A DNA stretch of 64,000 nt from Escherichia coli (GTDB lineage: Bacteria > Pseudomonadota > Gammaproteobacteria > Enterobacterales > Enterobacteriaceae): the NCBI RefSeq assembly GCF_030384885.1, contig NZ_CP128613.1. The stretch is one strand, 5' to 3'. The position numbers were made by a program, and so were the translations under genes. The notes beneath the pieces were generated by a model. The model had not been told where the DNA came from, did no database searches, and saw nothing but the letters and a program-made list of their open reading frames with translations. Below, piece by piece: positions 40,874 to 51,732 of the stretch (position 1 is the stretch's first letter; each line of letters begins with the position of its first letter).

Positions 40874-41371
40874 ATGAACAAAACAGAATTTTACGCGGAT
40901 TTAAACCGTGACTTTAACGCGCTGATGGCAGGAGAAACCAGTTTTCTGGCAACGCTGGCAAACACCAGTGCGTTGTTATATGAGCGTCTCACTGACGTAA
41001 ACTGGGCAGGTTTTTATTTACTTGAGGACGAGACGTTGGTTCTCGGACCGTTTCAGGGCAAAATTGCTTGTGTACGCATCCCCGTCGGGCGAGGTGTGTG
41101 TGGCACTGCAGTTGCCCGTAATGAAGTGCAGCGAATCGAGGATGTTCACGCTTTTGACGGACATATTGCCTGTGATGCAGCAAGTAATTCTGAAATTGTC
41201 CTACCGCTGGTGGTGAAAAATCAGATTATTGGTGTTCTCGATATCGACAGTACCGTCTTCGGTCGCTTTACAGACGAGGACGAGCAGGGCTTACGTCAGC
41301 TTGTGGCACAGCTTGAAAAGGTGCTTGCAATGACGGATTACAAAAAATTCTTTGCGAGCGTCGCAGGATAA
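40874..41371 (+). CDS. msrC: Free methionine-(R)-sulfoxide reductase (GAF domain)
   Basis: Track ORF trimmed to MNKTEFYADLNRDF... (165 aa). Confidence 0.88.
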   Translation: MNKTEFYADLNRDFNALMAGETSFLATLANTSALLYERLTDVNWAGFYLLEDETLVLGPFQGKIACVRIPVGRGVCGTAVARNEVQRIEDVHAFDGHIACDAASNSEIVLPLVVKNQIIGVLDIDSTVFGRFTDEDEQGLRQLVAQLEKVLAMTDYKKFFASVAG

Positions 41372-41467
41372 TCAACGGATAACGTAGCATTTACTGATGG
41401 CGTCATTATAATGACGCCTGTTCATGCCTGCGCTTGTTGGCTACGTCCGTTGTAATCAGGAAATTTC

Positions 41468-42166
41468 ATGGAAAATCAACCTAAGTTGAATAGCAGTAAA
41501 GAAGTAATCGCGTTTCTGGCCGAACGTTTTCCCCACTGTTTCAGTGCGGAAGGTGAAGCGCGTCCGCTGAAAATCGGTATTTTTCAGGATTTGGTCGATC
41601 GTGTTGCCGGGGAAATGAACCTGAGCAAAACGCAATTGCGATCCGCTTTACGTCTCTATACCTCGAGCTGGCGTTACCTTTACGGTGTTAAACCCGGCGC
41701 AACGCGTGTCGATCTTGACGGCAACCCATGCGGTGAGCTGGACGAGCAACATGTAGAGCATGCTCGCAAGCAGCTTGAAGAAGCGAAAGCACGTGTTCAG
41801 GCACAGCGTGCTGAGCAGCAAGCGAAAAAACGCGAAGCTGCCGCAGCTGCTGGTGAGAAAGAAGACGCACCGCGCCGTGAACGCAAGCCACGTCCGACCA
41901 CGCCACGCCGCAAAGAAGGCGCTGAGCGTAAACCACGTGCGCAAAAGCCGGTAGAGAAAGCGCCAAAAACAGCAAAAGCACCTCGCGAAGAACAGCACAC
42001 CCCAGTTTCTGACATTTCAGCTCTGACTGTCGGACAAGCCCTGAAGGTGAAAGCGGGTCAAAACGCGATGGATGCCACCGTATTAGAAATCACCAAAGAC
42101 GGCGTCCGCGTCCAACTGAATTCGGGTATGTCTTTGATTGTGCGCGCAGAACACCTGGTGTTCTGA
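41468..42166 (+). CDS. proQ: RNA chaperone ProQ
   Basis: 232-aa ORF; translation recognised as ProQ with basic linker. Confidence 0.95.
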   Translation: MENQPKLNSSKEVIAFLAERFPHCFSAEGEARPLKIGIFQDLVDRVAGEMNLSKTQLRSALRLYTSSWRYLYGVKPGATRVDLDGNPCGELDEQHVEHARKQLEEAKARVQAQRAEQQAKKREAAAAAGEKEDAPRRERKPRPTTPRRKEGAERKPRAQKPVEKAPKTAKAPREEQHTPVSDISALTVGQALKVKAGQNAMDATVLEITKDGVRVQLNSGMSLIVRAEHLVF

Positions 42167-42185
42167 AACGGAGGCCGGGCCAGGC

Positions 42186-44234
42186 ATGAACATGTTTTTT
42201 AGGCTTACCGCGTTAGCTGGCCTGCTTGCAATAGCAGGCCAGACCTTCGCTGTAGAAGATATCACGCGTGCTGATCAAATTCCGGTGTTAAAGGAAGAGA
42301 CGCAGCATGCGACGGTGAGTGAGCGCGTAACGTCGCGCTTCACCCGTTCTCATTATCGCCAGTTCGACCTCGATCAGGCATTTTCGGCTAAAATCTTTGA
42401 CCGCTACCTGAATCTGCTCGATTACAGCCACAACGTGCTGCTGGCAAGCGATGTTGAACAGTTCGCAAAAAAGAAAACCGAGTTGGGTGATGAACTGCGT
42501 TCAGGCAAACTCGACGTTTTCTACGGTCTCTACAATCTGGCACAAAAGCGCCGTTTTGAACGTTACCAGTACGCTTTGTCGGTACTGGAAAAGCCGATGG
42601 ATTTCACCGGCAACGACACTTATAACCTTGACCGCAGCAAAGCGCCCTGGCCGAAAAACGAGGCTGAGTTGAACGCGCTGTGGGACAGTAAAGTCAAATT
42701 CGACGAGTTAAGTCTTAAGCTGACAGGAAAAACGGATAAAGAAATTCGTGAAACCCTGACTCGCCGCTATAAATTTGCTATTCGTCGTCTGGCGCAAACC
42801 AACAGCGAAGATGTTTTCTCGCTGGCAATGACGGCGTTTGCACGTGAAATCGACCCGCATACCAACTATCTTTCCCCGCGTAATACCGAACAGTTCAACA
42901 CTGAAATGAGTTTGTCGCTGGAAGGTATTGGCGCAGTGCTGCAAATGGATGATGACTACACCGTTATCAATTCGATGGTGGCAGGTGGCCCGGCAGCGAA
43001 GAGTAAAGCTATCAGCGTTGGTGACAAAATTGTCGGTGTTGGTCAAACAGGCAAGCCGATGGTTGACGTGATTGGCTGGCGTCTTGATGACGTGGTTGCC
43101 TTAATTAAAGGGCCGAAGGGCAGTAAAGTTCGTCTGGAAATTTTACCTGCTGGTAAAGGGACCAAGACCCGTACTGTAACGTTGACCCGTGAACGTATTC
43201 GCCTCGAAGACCGCGCGGTTAAAATGTCGGTGAAGACCGTCGGTAAAGAGAAAGTTGGCGTGCTGGATATTCCTGGCTTCTATGTGGGTTTGACAGATGA
43301 TGTCAAAGTACAACTGCAGAAACTGGAAAAACAGAATGTCAGCAGTGTGATCATCGACCTGCGTAGCAATGGCGGTGGGGCGTTGACCGAGGCAGTATCG
43401 CTTTCAGGCCTGTTTATTCCTGCAGGTCCGATTGTTCAGGTTCGTGATAACAACGGTAAAGTTCGTGAAGACAGCGATACCGACGGTCAGGTCTTCTATA
43501 AAGGCCCGCTGGTGGTGCTGGTTGACCGCTTTAGTGCTTCGGCTTCAGAAATCTTTGCTGCGGCAATGCAGGATTACGGTCGTGCGCTGGTTGTGGGTGA
43601 ACCGACATTTGGTAAAGGCACTGTCCAGCAGTACCGTTCATTGAACCGTATTTACGATCAGATGTTACGTCCTGAATGGCCAGCTTTGGGTTCTGTTCAA
43701 TACACGATCCAGAAATTCTATCGCGTTAACGGCGGCAGTACGCAACGTAAGGGCGTAACGCCAGACATCATCATGCCGACAGGTAATGAAGAAACGGAAA
43801 CGGGAGAGAAATTTGAAGATAACGCGCTGCCGTGGGATAGCATTGATGCTGCAACCTATGTGAAATCAGGCGATTTAACGGCCTTTGAACCGGAGTTGCT
43901 GAAGGCGCATAATGCGCGTATCGCGAAAGATCCTGAGTTCCAGAACATCATGAAGGATATCGCGCGCTTCAACGCCATGAAGGACAAGCGCAATATCGTT
44001 TCTCTAAATTACGCGGTGCGTGAGAAAGAGAATAATGAAGATGATGCGACGCGTCTGGCGCGTTTGAACGAACGCTTTAAACGCGAAGGTAAACCGGAGT
44101 TGAAGAAGCTGGATGATCTACCGAAAGATTACCAGGAACCGGATCCTTATCTGGATGAGACGGTGAATATCGCACTCGATTTGGCGAAGCTTGAAAAAGC
44201 CAGACCCGCGGAACAACCCGCTCCCGTCAAGTAA
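42186..44234 (+). CDS. prc: Tail-specific (C-terminal processing) protease
   Basis: Track ORF trimmed to MNMFFRLTALAGLLAIAGQTFA (682 aa); 19 nt after proQ. Confidence 0.95.
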   Translation: MNMFFRLTALAGLLAIAGQTFAVEDITRADQIPVLKEETQHATVSERVTSRFTRSHYRQFDLDQAFSAKIFDRYLNLLDYSHNVLLASDVEQFAKKKTELGDELRSGKLDVFYGLYNLAQKRRFERYQYALSVLEKPMDFTGNDTYNLDRSKAPWPKNEAELNALWDSKVKFDELSLKLTGKTDKEIRETLTRRYKFAIRRLAQTNSEDVFSLAMTAFAREIDPHTNYLSPRNTEQFNTEMSLSLEGIGAVLQMDDDYTVINSMVAGGPAAKSKAISVGDKIVGVGQTGKPMVDVIGWRLDDVVALIKGPKGSKVRLEILPAGKGTKTRTVTLTRERIRLEDRAVKMSVKTVGKEKVGVLDIPGFYVGLTDDVKVQLQKLEKQNVSSVIIDLRSNGGGALTEAVSLSGLFIPAGPIVQVRDNNGKVREDSDTDGQVFYKGPLVVLVDRFSASASEIFAAAMQDYGRALVVGEPTFGKGTVQQYRSLNRIYDQMLRPEWPALGSVQYTIQKFYRVNGGSTQRKGVTPDIIMPTGNEETETGEKFEDNALPWDSIDAATYVKSGDLTAFEPELLKAHNARIAKDPEFQNIMKDIARFNAMKDKRNIVSLNYAVREKENNEDDATRLARLNERFKREGKPELKKLDDLPKDYQEPDPYLDETVNIALDLAKLEKARPAEQPAPVK

Positions 44235-44240
44235 CATCAA

Positions 44241-44270
44241 TCAGGCACAAGAAATTGTGCCTGATTTTTT
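44241..44270 (+). terminator. Rho-independent terminator after prc
   Basis: tcaggcacaa-gaaa-ttgtgcctga hairpin followed by T6. Confidence 0.8.
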
Positions 44271-44425
44271 AACAGCGGCAAGATGCCGTAAATCAGATGC
44301 TACAAAATGTAAAGTTGTGTCTTTCTGGTGACTTACGCACTATCCAGACTTGAAAATAGTCGCGTAACCCATACGATGTGGGTATCGCATATTGCGTTTT
44401 GTTAAACTGAGGTAAAAAGAAAATT

Positions 44426-45307
44426 ATGATGCGAATCGCGCTCTTCCTGCTAACGAACCTGGCCGTAATGGTCGTTTTCGGGCTGGTACTGAGCCTGACA
44501 GGGATACAGTCGAGCAGCGTTCAGGGGCTGATGATCATGGCCTTGCTGTTCGGTTTTGGTGGTTCCTTCGTTTCGCTTCTGATGTCCAAATGGATGGCAT
44601 TACGATCTGTTGGCGGGGAAGTGATCGAGCAACCGCGTAACGAAAGGGAACGTTGGCTGGTCAATACTGTAGCAACCCAGGCTCGTCAGGCGGGGATCGC
44701 TATGCCGCAAGTGGCTATCTACCATGCGCCGGACATCAACGCTTTTGCAACCGGTGCGCGCCGTGATGCCTCTCTGGTTGCTGTCAGCACCGGTTTGCTG
44801 CAGAACATGAGCCCGGATGAAGCTGAGGCGGTAATTGCTCACGAAATCAGTCACATCGCCAATGGTGATATGGTCACCATGACGCTGATTCAGGGCGTGG
44901 TGAACACCTTCGTTATCTTTATTTCCCGTATTCTGGCGCAGTTGGCTGCTGGCTTCATGGGCGGTAACCGTGACGAAGGTGAAGAGAGCAACGGCAACCC
45001 ACTGATCTACTTTGCGGTTGCAACGGTTCTGGAACTGGTGTTTGGTATTCTGGCGAGCATTATCACCATGTGGTTCTCGCGTCACCGTGAATTCCACGCC
45101 GATGCGGGTTCAGCAAAACTGGTTGGTCGTGAGAAAATGATTGCCGCGCTGCAACGCCTGAAAACCAGCTATGAACCACAAGAAGCAACCAGCATGATGG
45201 CTTTCTGTATTAACGGGAAGTCGAAATCGCTCAGTGAGTTGTTCATGACTCACCCGCCGCTGGATAAACGTATTGAAGCTCTGCGTACGGGTGAATACCT
45301 GAAGTAA
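44426..45307 (+). CDS. htpX: Membrane zinc metalloprotease HtpX
   Basis: 293-aa ORF; HEISH zinc motif; translation recognised as HtpX. Confidence 0.95.
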
Positions 45308-45322
45308 TATGAAGTAAATACT

Positions 45323-45354
45323 AAAAAGCGCGTCCTGATCGACGCGCTTTTTTT
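45323..45354. terminator. Bidirectional terminator between convergent htpX and yebQ
   Basis: aaaaa-gcgcgtc-ctgatc-gacgcgc-ttttttt; overlaps yebQ stop codon. Confidence 0.8.
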
Positions 45355-46726
45355 ATGCCCTGGATCGTGGCTGGGTAATACGTAAGCCACTGACACAGGC
45401 AGCAATCACTGCCAGAATAGCCGCAGCCATCAGCGAGACGTGTGTACCATTATCACCAAACTGATTTAGCATCAGCGCCACCAGCGCCGCGCCACTACTC
45501 TGACCCAATAGACGAGCCGTCCCTAACATGCCACTGGCCCCACCGCTACGTTCGCGCGGAGCGGAGGTAATAATGGTGTGGTTATTGGGTGACTGGAATA
45601 AGCCAAATCCAGCGCCACATAAGATCATCGGCCAGATAATATTGATATCCGCAGGTGACGCGGGCAGCAGAACCAGGGAAAAAAGCCCAGCAGCCATGAT
45701 GAGCAACCCTAAAGCACCCAGCAATCCTGCATGTACGCGTTCAATCAAATAGCCTGCCAGCGGAGCCATCACCATTGTTGCTAACGGCCACGGTGTCAGA
45801 AGTAAACCTGTTTCGACTTCACTACGCCCGAGCACGTTTTGCAGGTAAAAGGGCAGGGAAACCATTGCCAGCATTTGTGCGCAGAAAGAGCAAACAGATG
45901 TGCAAATAGAAAGTGAAAACAGCGGGATACGCAGTAAATCCACCGGTAGCAGCGGTACGGGAAGAGAAAGCTGGCGGCGAATAAAGAAAATACCAACGAC
46001 AACCATTACCACCAGTTCCGCGCCAATCAACGTCAGCGATTGCCCCTGAGCGAAACCACTCAATGCAGTAATAAGCAGGCCGAAGGTTAACGCGTTCATC
46101 ACGGCGCTGGGCAGGTCGAAACGGGGTTTACTGGCACGAGAGCCATTGGGTGGCAGAAAACGCATGGCCAGAAGCAGGGCGATAATACCCAACGGTACGT
46201 TGATTAAAAATAACCATTTCCAGGATGCGATGGAGAGGATTGCTGCAGCAATTGTCGGCCCGGCAGCAGAAGAGACGGCAACAATAAACGAGTTTATGCC
46301 CATCCCTCTACCCAGAAAACGTTGTGGATAGATCAGGCGGATAAGTGCGGTATTAACGCTCATCAACGCTGCACCGCCGAAACCTTGTATGACACGCGCA
46401 AGGGTGAGCATTTGTAGCGAATCAGAAAGGGCACAGAACAGTGAAGACAACAGAAAAACGACCAGACCGCATTTATAAATACGTCGATAGCCAAACATAT
46501 CGCCCAGAAACGAAAACGAGAGCAGGGAGATGACAATGGCGATTTGATAGGCGTTCACTACCCAGATGGAACTGGCCGGTGTGGCATGAAGGTCTGTGGC
46601 GATTGTTGGCAAGGCGACGTTGGCGATTGCGCCGTCAAGCACAGCCATCGAAATACCAATCACAATGGTTAATATCGCACCGTATCGCTGGGGCAACGGC
46701 AGGCCGTCGGCCTGAACTTTTGGCAT
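45353..46726 (-). CDS. yebQ: MFS transporter
   Basis: Track ORF trimmed to MPKVQADGLPLPQRYG... (457 aa); multi-TM. Confidence 0.88.
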   Translation of the reverse strand: MPKVQADGLPLPQRYGAILTIVIGISMAVLDGAIANVALPTIATDLHATPASSIWVVNAYQIAIVISLLSFSFLGDMFGYRRIYKCGLVVFLLSSLFCALSDSLQMLTLARVIQGFGGAALMSVNTALIRLIYPQRFLGRGMGINSFIVAVSSAAGPTIAAAILSIASWKWLFLINVPLGIIALLLAMRFLPPNGSRASKPRFDLPSAVMNALTFGLLITALSGFAQGQSLTLIGAELVVMVVVGIFFIRRQLSLPVPLLPVDLLRIPLFSLSICTSVCSFCAQMLAMVSLPFYLQNVLGRSEVETGLLLTPWPLATMVMAPLAGYLIERVHAGLLGALGLLIMAAGLFSLVLLPASPADINIIWPMILCGAGFGLFQSPNNHTIITSAPRERSGGASGMLGTARLLGQSSGAALVALMLNQFGDNGTHVSLMAAAILAVIAACVSGLRITQPRSRA

Positions 46727-46902
46727 AGGAATTTTATATCTTTGGTGAATAATCAACAGGGGTAAGATTCTAGCACTGATATTCACGGTGGATGTCGCAG
46801 AATTGTAACTAACCGGCAAAAGATGGATTGCGACCACCCAGGTGCGAAATTATAATAAAAAACAGTTCTGATTTTTATAAAACACTCGCAACGAGGTGAT
46901 AA

Positions 46903-47694
46903 ATGGCTAACGCAGATCTGGATAAACAGCCTGATTCTGTATCTTCCGTGCTGAAAGTTTTTGGCATTTTGCAGGCGCTGGGTGAAGAGCGCGAAATAGG
47001 GATAACCGAGCTGTCGCAGCGCGTCATGATGTCAAAAAGCACCGTTTATCGCTTTTTACAGACCATGAAAACCCTGGGTTATGTGGCGCAGGAAGGGGAG
47101 TCGGAGAAATATTCGCTGACCTTGAAATTGTTTGAACTGGGCGCTCGCGCGTTACAAAACGTCGATTTAATTCGTAGCGCAGATATCCAGATGCGTGAGA
47201 TCTCCCGCCTGACGAAAGAAACTATCCACCTCGGCGCACTGGACGAAGACAGTATTGTTTACATCCACAAAATTGACTCTATGTACAATTTGCGCATGTA
47301 TTCACGGATTGGTCGTCGTAATCCGCTGTACAGCACCGCGATTGGTAAGGTACTGCTGGCATGGCGCGATCGCGATGAAGTGAAGCAAATTCTCGAGGGC
47401 GTGGAGTATAAACGCAGTACCGAACGGACCATCACCAGTACAGAAGCGTTATTACCCGTTCTGGACCAGGTGCGCGAGCAGGGGTATGGCGAAGATAACG
47501 AAGAGCAGGAAGAAGGACTGCGTTGCATTGCGGTTCCGGTATTTGATCGCTTTGGCGTGGTCATTGCCGGTCTGAGCATCTCCTTCCCGACGTTGCGTTT
47601 CTCTGAAGAGCGTTTACAGGAATATGTCGCAATGTTGCATACCGCGGCGCGCAAAATTTCTGCCCAAATGGGTTATCACGACTATCCGTTCTGA
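46903..47694 (+). CDS. kdgR: IclR-family transcriptional regulator KdgR
   Basis: 263-aa ORF; translation recognised as KdgR. Confidence 0.93.
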   Translation: MANADLDKQPDSVSSVLKVFGILQALGEEREIGITELSQRVMMSKSTVYRFLQTMKTLGYVAQEGESEKYSLTLKLFELGARALQNVDLIRSADIQMREISRLTKETIHLGALDEDSIVYIHKIDSMYNLRMYSRIGRRNPLYSTAIGKVLLAWRDRDEVKQILEGVEYKRSTERTITSTEALLPVLDQVREQGYGEDNEEQEEGLRCIAVPVFDRFGVVIAGLSISFPTLRFSEERLQEYVAMLHTAARKISAQMGYHDYPF

Positions 47695-47703
47695 TGAGAG
47701 TAA

Positions 47704-47740
47704 GAACCTGTCTGAATATCAAACAGACAGGTTCTTTATT
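47704..47740 (+). terminator. Rho-independent terminator after kdgR
   Basis: gaacctgtctgaatatcaaacagacaggttc hairpin followed by tttattt. Confidence 0.75.
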
Positions 47741-47837
47741 TAGCATGAGAAAAATAAAGTTGAAGGTGGCGTTATATTAAACGCACTTGCGATAAGAATA
47801 TTTTACTTATGAGTGAGAATCTGGTTATTTATTACCC

Positions 47838-48077
47838 TTAACCATTATCGACCACAATATTGCTTTTACGTAACAACGGGCAATCTGTTATCCCCAGAAA
47901 ACCACTTTTAGTGTGCAGGTATTGTACCGTGCTGGTGCCTCTGGCGGTCAGATAGGTACATTGCAAACCTAATCCCGCGGCATTCTCTTTGCTTCCAATC
48001 AAAACGCCATATCCGCTGAGTAATAATCCTATCCATACCAGTGCTATCAGCATAACTGTGCGAATGATGAATCGCAT
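47838..48077 (-). CDS. yobH: Small membrane-associated protein YobH
   Basis: 79-aa ORF with hydrophobic N-terminus; matches expected position. Confidence 0.7.
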   Translation of the reverse strand: MRFIIRTVMLIALVWIGLLLSGYGVLIGSKENAAGLGLQCTYLTARGTSTVQYLHTKSGFLGITDCPLLRKSNIVVDNG

Positions 48078-48235
48078 TACAACCTCTTCTCTTTTTATGT
48101 TCGCTTAATCGTAGCGGCAATATGCGCTGAAGCAAGCGACTCATTCTGAAAAAGCACGAATATCGACATAGTTAGGCGCTGTTTAACTAACACATGCTAG
48201 TTTAATGACATAAGGTAGGTGAAACGGAGATTGGA

Positions 48236-48379
48236 GTGAAAAAGTTTCGATGGGTCGTTCTGGTTGTCGTGGTGTTGGCTTGCTTGCTGCTTTGGGCGCA
48301 GGTATTCAACATGATGTGCGATCAGGATGTACAATTTTTCAGCGGAATTTGTGCCATTAACCAGTTTATCCCGTGGTGA
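48236..48379 (+). CDS. mgrB: PhoQ inhibitor small membrane protein MgrB
   Basis: GTG start; translation [47 protein letters not shown] (47 aa) recognised as MgrB; below the ORF-track size cutoff. Confidence 0.85.
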
Positions 48380-48453
48380 TATCATTTTTTCAGCACTAGA
48401 TTTTCTTCCTCTCCAGCAGTGGTAGAATAGCGCCTCTACTCAGAGGTGGTGAA

Positions 48454-48741
48454 ATGAACGAAGTTGTAAATTCAGGCGTGATGAACATTGCGTCTTTGGT
48501 TGTATCGGTGGTGGTTCTTCTTATCGGGCTCATCTTGTGGTTTTTTATCAATCGTGCCAGTTCACGAACTAACGAACAGATTGAACTGCTTGAGGCGTTG
48601 CTGGATCAGCAAAAACGTCAAAATGCACTGTTACGTCGTTTGTGCGAAGCAAACGAACCTGAGAAAGCAGATAAAAAGACCGTTGAGAGTCAAAAATCGG
48701 TTGAAGACGAAGATATTATTCGTCTGGTCGCCGAACGGTAA
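48454..48741 (+). CDS. yebO: Small membrane protein YebO
   Basis: 95-aa ORF; N-terminal TM then charged coiled region. Confidence 0.78.
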   Translation: MNEVVNSGVMNIASLVVSVVVLLIGLILWFFINRASSRTNEQIELLEALLDQQKRQNALLRRLCEANEPEKADKKTVESQKSVEDEDIIRLVAER

Positions 48742-49410
48742 TCCTTCCTCAATCTTGAGTAACCCCGTCGTTGAAGGGTTACTCAATTCATCCTGATTAT
48801 ACGCACTGTCATGGTGCAACTGCTTCAATTTAAAACTCTGGTCTGACTTCAAATAATTATCATATTATTTATTTGCGTAACGGGATATCAGAAAAAGATA
48901 TTTAGCCCATTAATTTATTAGGATGTTTACATCGGATTTGTGATTAAGCGTGTTATTATTTATTAGCGAAACGTTTCTCTCTTGATTTTTTTGCGCATTC
49001 ATCAATTTTTCTTATTTTAAATTTACAATACCTTTGGGGATTGACTTCTCTTTGGGGTGATTGATAGCCGTTAACTGACTGTTTTATGAGAAAAAGTGAT
49101 ATAACTTTTTATTCATTGCATAGCAGAAAATGTGATATTGCACGCACTATGTAATAACTTCTCCCATTGGCCTGGAACAACTGAACTTATTGAACTATGT
49201 TAGAAAATACGTCAGTTTAAGTATCTGCCTGAACTGGCAAGGTTAAGCACAATGATATATCGGCGCGTATTCCGTTGCATAAGTGTGCAAAAAAAGTGGA
49301 AGACGTATCGAGATTTGTGCGTCTGATCGAGACATGTTTAAAAATGGCTTGCCATAATTAACGTTGTATGTGATAACAGATTTCGGGTTAAACGAGGTAC
49401 AGTTCTGTTT

Positions 49411-49554
49411 ATGTGTGGCATTTTCAGTAAAGAAGTCCTGAGTAAACACGTTGACGTTGAATACCGCTTCTCTGCCGAGCCTTATATTGGTGCCTCATGC
49501 AGTAATGTGTCAGTTTTATCTATGTTATGCCTGCGGGCGAAGAAAACAATCTAA
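49411..49554 (+). CDS. yobF: Small protein YobF
   Basis: 47-aa [50 protein letters not shown] ending 12 nt before cspC; below the ORF-track size cutoff. Confidence 0.8.
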
Positions 49555-49566
49555 GGAATTTTTCAA

Positions 49567-49776
49567 ATGGCAAAGATTAAAGGTCAGGTTAAGTGGTTCA
49601 ACGAGTCTAAAGGTTTTGGCTTCATTACTCCGGCTGATGGCAGCAAAGACGTGTTCGTACACTTCTCCGCTATCCAGGGTAATGGCTTCAAAACTCTGGC
49701 TGAAGGTCAGAACGTTGAGTTCGAAATTCAGGACGGTCAGAAAGGTCCGGCAGCTGTTAACGTAACAGCTATCTGA
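49567..49776 (+). CDS. cspC: Cold-shock-domain protein CspC
   Basis: 69-aa ORF; RNP motifs KGFGFI and VFVHF. Confidence 0.95.
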
Positions 49777-49823
49777 TCGAATCCACTGATCTGAAGTGTG
49801 AAGACACTTCAATCTCGCTATAA

Positions 49824-49849
49824 AGCCTCGTCGAATGCGAGGCTTTTTA
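49824..49849 (+). terminator. Rho-independent terminator after cspC
   Basis: agcctcg-tcgaat-gcgaggct hairpin followed by T5. Confidence 0.8.
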
Positions 49850-49941
49850 CTTTGTTTTATCTTCGCTCCTGGCGTTCGGATATTTGCCCGCCGCGTGATT
49901 CGCGTTACACTTGCGGCCTTTAGTATCCTGCCGGAGTTGTC

Positions 49942-50751
49942 ATGTCGTTTTCCTGTCCACTTTGCCATCAGCCTCTTTCGCGTGAAAAAAACAGCTATAT
50001 CTGTCCCCAGCGACATCAGTTTGATATGGCGAAAGAAGGGTATGTCAATCTGCTGCCCGTTCAGCATAAACGGTCTCGTGATCCGGGCGACAGCGCGGAA
50101 ATGATGCAAGCACGCCGCGCATTCTTAGATGCCGGACATTATCAGCCGCTGCGTGATGCAATTGTCGCCCAACTGCGGGAACGGCTTGATGAAAAGGCCA
50201 CGGCGGTGCTGGATATTGGCTGTGGTGAAGGGTATTACACACACGCATTTGCCGATGCGCTGCCCGAAATCACCACGTTTGGCCTGGATGTCTCGAAGGT
50301 AGCGATAAAAGCGGCGGCGAAACGCTATCCGCAGGTCACTTTTTGTGTTGCTTCCAGCCACCGTTTGCCGTTTTCCGATACCAGTATGGACGCCATAATA
50401 CGTATTTACGCGCCGTGTAAAGCAGAAGAATTAGCGCGAGTAGTGAAGCCCGGCGGTTGGGTCATTACTGCCACGCCGGGACCGCGACATTTGATGGAGC
50501 TGAAGGGGCTGATTTACAATGAAGTACATCTTCACGCACCTCATGCAGAACAACTGGAAGGTTTTACATTACAGCAGAGTGATGAGTTGTGTTATCCGAT
50601 GCGTCTTCGCGGTGACGAAGCCGTCGCGTTATTGCAGATGACGCCGTTTGCCTGGCGTGCGAAACCAGAAGTCTGGCAAACGCTGGCAGCAAAAGAAGTG
50701 TTCGACTGCCAGACGGACTTTAATATTCACCTCTGGCAGCGTTCTTATTAA
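49942..50751 (+). CDS. rlmA: 23S rRNA m1G745 methyltransferase
   Basis: 269-aa ORF; N-terminal Cys4 zinc motif and SAM motif DIGCGEGYY. Confidence 0.92.
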
Positions 50752-51314
50752 CCGTGGAAGTGCGTCCAGAGGATCTGGACGCCGATGCCGATCAGTACCA
50801 GCCCACCGAGAATTTCCGCTTTCTTCCCAATAATTGAGCCGATAAAGCGACCAACCATCATCCCTAATGTCGACATAATCAAGGTTGCACAACCAATGGC
50901 CAATGCGGTCGCGATAATGTTGACCTGCAGGAAGGCGAGACCAACACCTACAGCCATCGCATCCAGGCTGGTGGCAATCGCGGTGGTTACCAGTAGCCAG
51001 AAACCGTGTCGACGGCGCGGTTCTTCATCTTCATCATCTGCGCCACGAAAACCCTCAATAATCATTCGCCCGCCGAGGAATATCAGCAGCACAAACGCAA
51101 TCCAGTGGTTCCATTCAAGGACAAACCGGCTGGCTAACATGCCCATTCCCCAGCCGATCAGCGGCGTCAGGGTTTCGACGGCACCAAAAATAAGGCCAGT
51201 TCGCAAAGCTTCAGAAAATTTCGGTTTATGGAGGGTGGCACCTTTACCGATTGATGCAGCAAATGCATCCATCGACATACCAAACGCAAGAAGAACAGTA
51301 GCAGTGATATTCAT
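50748..51314 (-). CDS. mntP: Manganese efflux pump MntP
   Basis: Track ORF trimmed to [21 protein letters not shown]... (188 aa); 4-bp convergent overlap with rlmA. Confidence 0.9.
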
Positions 51315-51329
51315 GACAACGTCCTGACC

Positions 51330-51500
51330 GGGGTATCCATAAAACACATCATCGCCCCCAGCAAACATGCATACATGAACAACAAACTGCGATGATTTTC
51401 GCGTTCATGCAGGCATAGCGATTGATGTGCATATGGTCTCGCCTGACTGAAAGTGTTCAGTCCGTACGTGCCACGTTTTGCAACGAGTATGTTGACACGT
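51330..51500 (-). promoter_or_regulatory. mntP 5' leader; expected site of the yybP-ykoY Mn2+ riboswitch (boundaries approximate)
   Basis: Long untranslated leader upstream of mntP; riboswitch assignment is from established knowledge of E. coli mntP, not structurally verified here. Confidence 0.45.
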
Positions 51501-51680
51501 ACATTTCCGGAATCTGGAAATCGGCTACTCCCCAAATGAGGGCGCAACATTAACATATTTTTAGAATATAAAACAACTGTTGGGATATATTATTTCAGCA
51601 GTTAATTGATAACGATTGTCATTTAGATTTATATATCAATGAAACGTTAAAATAAATAACAAATAAGGGAAGGGGTAATA

Positions 51681-51732
51681 TAGCCTAAGCTATGTCTGAT
51701 TATTAAAAATACACTAAACATAGCTTTGGCTA
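51681..51732. promoter_or_regulatory. 15-bp inverted repeat with MntR-box-like arms; alternatively yobD terminator
   Basis: tagcctaagctatgt - 22-nt AT-rich spacer - acatagctttggcta; arms resemble the MntR half-site AACATAGC. Confidence 0.3.

Noticed and set aside
48180-48210. Possible PhoP box upstream of mgrB (GTTTAA hexamers at 48181 and 48200)
   Set aside because: mgrB is known to be PhoP-activated, but the two hexamers I can see are about 19 bp apart rather than the canonical direct repeat with 5-bp spacer, so I could not place the box confidently.
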